A stretch of DNA of 64,000 bases from Puccinia triticina (Eukaryota), in contig CP110439.1 of assembly GCA_026914245.1 (NCBI GenBank), positions 5,270,001 through 5,334,000 on the forward strand. The letters are read 5' to 3'. Within the stretch, counting starts at the first letter, position 1; each line of letters begins with the position of its first letter. A program made the position numbers and the translations under genes. The notes beneath the pieces are model-generated. The model had not been told where the DNA came from, made no database searches, and worked only from the letters and a program-made list of their open reading frames with translations. Of this stretch, positions 59,716 through 64,000 are shown piece by piece.

Positions 59716-62700
59716 GACCTATAGCAGCAATAGCTGTGAGTGAGATGACACGGGAGCGCGGACACGAGCGAGGTGGAAGCACACCTATAGCAGCAATAGC
59801 TGTGAGTGAGATGACACGGGAGCGCGGACACAAGCAAGGTGGAAGCACACCTAAGACCGAGTGAATGAGATGTTTGAATGAGTTTGATGATGAAGCGAGG
59901 AAAGTGAGAATGAATGAAAAACAACTACAGTCTAGGTAGGGGATTCACTACATAATCACTTAGGTTTGTCGAGTATCATCATCTAAGTTCAAACCTAACT
60001 GGTCTAAGTCCGCAGCACGGCGCATGAGAGTATGCCCGGCTCTAAAAGCCTCAATATCCCCCCTCTCTCATTGCCGCTGTATCTTGAGGTTGGTGATGAT
60101 TTGCTGGTGTTTTTGTCGTCCAAGCGCCTTGGTGCACATGTCCGCTTTTTGTTGATTTGTTGAAACGTAATTGATGTGAATTAAACCTGTGTCGTGGACC
60201 TCTCGGAGCCAGTGATAGAGTATGTTGATGTGTTTGGATCTTTGTTGAAAGATGGGGTTTGTTGCAAGGGCAATGGCGCTTTGATTGTCGACAAAAACTT
60301 CGAATTTGGTGGTGAACTGAACTGAAAGACTCTTGAAGAGATACTTGAGCCATACAGATTCTTGGACGCCTTTGAAAAGAGCGTGGTACTCTGCCTCTGT
60401 TGTCGATGTGGAGACGGTTTGCTGCTTTTTCGATCGCCAAGAGAGAAGATTGCCGGCGAATAGCGTGACGTAACCTGAATACGACCGTCAATCGTTGGTG
60501 CAGTTGGCGAAGTCGGCGTCCGTGTAGACTGCGATGTTGTCCAGTTTGCGCGAACCGGTAAGTTGGATTCCGTGATGTTTGGTGCCCGCTAGATAACAAA
60601 GAAGGTGCTGGACCGCCTTCCAGTGAGCCATTCCTGGCTTTTCGAGGTGTTGAGAAAGTTGGGAAACCGTGAATGATATGTCAGGTCTGGTCGAGACTGA
60701 GAGATAATTGAGTAGGCCTAGCGCCTCCCGGTAGTTGACGTTGAGTTGCTTGAAGGAATTGTAATCTGCGTTGGAGGCTTTTGTCAGCCTGGAGTTGGCT
60801 ACCATTGGCGTCAAAGTAGTCCTGCAGTCCACCATGTTGTAGTTTTCCAGGATTGACTGGGTGTAGACTTCTTGATTGAGAAGGAGGGTGGTTGAAGATG
60901 ACCAAGTTAGTTTGATGCCTAGTATGTGTTTGGCTTCACCAAGATCTTCCATTTTGAATTTTGATGAAATGAGTGATTTGAAGCGCTGAGCGTTGTGGCT
61001 GATGATAATCATGTCGTCCACATAGACGTGGAAGAAACATTCCCAGTTGGGAGCCTGAGAGGTGAACAGACATGGGTCTGCAGGAGATGGAGCAAAATTG
61101 ATCGATTCAAAGAAGCTGCGCAACTCTGCGTACCACACTCGCGGAGCTTGCTTGAGGCCATAAATAGCTTTGTTAAGCTTCAAGCAGTAACCTTTGGGTA
61201 CATCGAGACCAGGCGGGGGGCGAAGGTAGACAGAGTCTTTGAGGTTGCCATTTAGAAAAGCGTTCTTGGCATCCATTTGGTGGATGTCATATCCACGGGA
61301 GAGACCAACAATGAGCGCAGCCCTTAGACTGGTAGATCGGCCTGTCGGAGCATAGGTGAAGCCAACCCCGTCCTTCTGCTGGGAGCCTTGCGCACACAGT
61401 TGCGCTTTAAATTTCACGACGATACCCTCAGAGTTCTTCTTTTTACGGAAGACCCAGACGGTACCAAGAAGAGATTCATCGCCTGGGATCACTTCGATGT
61501 TCCAAACCTTGAGGTCCTTCATGGCCGCAAGCTCTGATTCCACCGCTTTAGTCCAGGATGATGCTTCAGACGAGAGCATTGCCTCGCGATAAGTGCGAGG
61601 AATTTCGGACACAATTAGTGCTCTGGCGAGGTTGGCCCTTCTTTTGGTGTGTAAGATGTGCGAGGGATCGATGTCAGAGCTGATTTTATTTGGCGCAATG
61701 TCTGAGGTGAGACGAACGTTGTAACCTGGTTTGGGTTTGACGTTTTGCTGATGCGGCTCGTTGTTTGTCTCCTGAATAGTGACTGGAGGATCCGCAGAGT
61801 CCGAGCGGTCTTCTGAATCTGAGTTGTTGAAGAAGGAATTGACGTCAATTAACGGCGCATCCAGATCCAATTCGTCTTCAGCTGAGCGCCATTCGAGGAC
61901 ATTAAGCAGAGAATTGGGGGTTGTGGATGGGGTTGACTGAGGTTGTTCTTTGAGCTCCTCAAATTCGAAAGGTGTGAGAGGGTCGAAATGGAAGGAGGGA
62001 TCAGCTGGAGAGAAGAGGGAGACTCCTGGGAAGTCTGTCTCAACAAAGGTAACGTCGTGACAGCGCTCCACTTTTCCTCCTGGTAGAAGAACGCGCCAGT
62101 TATGCGTTCCCAGCTGATATCCGACTAGGATGCCTCGTTTAGCCGTGTCACCAAACTTCCCGTCACGAAGTTGCTTTGGGATGTTGACGTATGCCAGGCA
62201 GCCAAAGGGTTTGAGGCGATTGATGTTGAAAGGCGATCCGAACCATTTGTTGTGTGGAGTGTCCCAGCAAAGCTTGCGCATGGGAGTGATGTTTTCCAGG
62301 AGGACTGCTGTGGAAACAGCCTCTGCCCAGTACTCAGAAGGGAGCTTGGCTTGTTTGAGCAAGCACCTTGCTTTTTCGGATGTGGATCGGTTTCCACGCT
62401 CAGCAACTGAGTTTTGCTGCGGCGTGTAAGGAGCCGTGACTTGAACGGTGACGCCTTTGCTTTTAAGGAAGTTGAGGAATTTGGTTGAATTGAACTCGCC
62501 TCCGCCATCAAAGATTACTGTCTTGATGTTGACTCCGTGGTGATTGGTGACTTCATGATAATATTGCATGAAAAAGGAAAAGGTTTCGGATTTTTTTGAT
62601 AACAAATAGACATGGCGATAACGTGTGAAATAATCTGTAATCTTGAAGTAGTATTCTTTCCCTCCAAAAGAGCGAGGATTGATCCGTCCGCTGAGGTCCA

Positions 62701-64000
62701 TGTAGACGTACTCTAGCGGGCGTGATGCTTCGGGGAGAGATCCTGGGAAAGGAAGCCTGTGAGATTTTGACAGGGAGCATGCGTTGCAGTTGAATTTCAC
62801 TGCCTTCGTGCCCGGAAACATCTTAGCTAAAGCCTTAATGTTTGGGTGTCCCGCGGATCTGTGAAGAGTTGCAATGTCAGATGACGTTGCGGTGTTGGCG
62901 ACATGAATGGTGGACTGACCTTGAGAACCGGGAGCCAACTTGATGTTGCAGACGCCGCCTATGACCGCTGTGGAGAGGACGACCGACTTGTTGCGGACGA
63001 GATCAAAGGTTGATGGACTAGTCCGGACCACGTCACAGCCACGTTCAAATAATCGTCCAAAGCTGATGAGTGTGCCCGCTAGTCCTGGAACGTGAAGAGC
63101 CTTGAGTTTCAGCTCGGTGCCGTCGTTGGCGATGATTTGCACATAGCCTTTGCCTATGGATTCAAGGTGGTTGCCATCTGCGAGAGCTATTTGAGTCGTC
63201 CTGCTGCGGTAGTCGGTGAAGCGATTCCTGTCGCTGAACATGTGGTGGCTGGCGCCACTGTCGAGGAAGCAGGTATCATCGGACTTGACAGCTGACAACG
63301 CCTTGCGGATACACAGGAGACCGCTGCTGGTCGTGCTGATGGAGGAAGTATTGTCGTCGTCGTGAGCGTCGCTAGCTGGCTGTGTGGTGCTTGCAGTCTT
63401 GGCGGTGGGCTGTTTCTTCTTTTTGAGAGCTCTACATTTTGCGGCCAAGTGGTTGGTGTCCGGGTTGTGAGTGCCAGGAGTGCAGAAAGGAGCTGTAGTC
63501 GCTGCAAGCACTGACTCCTGTTTGATTTTTGGAACAGGCGTGACCGAGGTGGATTGCAAGGAGACTGAAAGAGAACCAGTGCGCTCGTTCTTGAGTTCCG
63601 ACTTGATCAATGCGATTGTGATTGGTTGTTGTTTGAACAAACTTGCCTTGATGTGCTTGAACTCTTCGGGTAGTTTGTTGACGATGATTTCTGCTAGAAG
63701 CGATTCTTGAAGATCTGCTTTCTCAGGAGTGCCAATGACCAGACCAACCAATGCGACTCAATTTAATCCGGCGTTGAGATCGTCAATGAAGGTGGCAACC
63801 AAGTCGCAATATGGAAAAGTACAGAAGTCAAGATATACTACTGACTGATTTTGAGCTGAGTGAGATTCGTAGTATCCCACGAGAAGGGCCCAGATGAGGT
63901 TGAGCTTCTTCATGTTGGCTTCGGTGACAAAGCGTTGGTGGTTTGTTTGACCGATTGACTGGTGGAGAATACCAGTGACTTGCTCTTCCTTGTCAAGATG
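59691..64000 (-). mobile_element. Ty1/Copia element 2, extends beyond the window; 3' LTR about 59691-60053 with a 66-bp internal tandem repeat
   Basis: PPT GAGAGAGGGGGGAT at about 60056-60068; LTR left edge inferred from TG only. Confidence 0.9.
60068..64000 (-). pseudogene. Copia gag-pol with a stop in RNase H and a gag disruption near 63760
   Basis: LDSGA, HRSAGH..CNAC, DGGGEF, YVDD, YTDADF; TGA at 60488, after which the frame continues (SWRSKKQ...STTEAEY...ADMCTK). Confidence 0.93.

Overview
Eukaryotic, intron-containing, transposon-dense DNA. Gene families, TE types and the CpG/TpCpG mutation pattern suggest a rust fungus (Puccinia-like); this is inference. Mobile elements: one intact, very young chromodomain Ty3/Gypsy (427-6768); a decayed 5'-truncated Gypsy (30467-36372); two Ty1/Copia elements (52718-58101 and 59691 to the window end); a four-level nest of PIF/Harbinger > solo LTR > hAT > solo LTR (about 12.3-21.7 kb); many MITEs; and about nine members of a hairpin-ended TIR family with 8-9 bp target-site duplications (TSDs). 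Host genes: a divergent NF-YB/HAP3-like factor, a class 3 lipase, a small secreted-type protein cut by a Copia LTR, and a probable pseudogene at about 7.3-10.7 kb. A two-gene block (signal peptide + RING-H2 + TM gene, and a convergent ~367-aa hypothetical gene) is duplicated 14.3 kb apart with reciprocal damage. No rRNA, tRNA or CRISPR found. The best novelty candidates are the hairpin-ended transposon family and the signal-peptide RING-H2 protein. All coordinates and alignments were read by eye.
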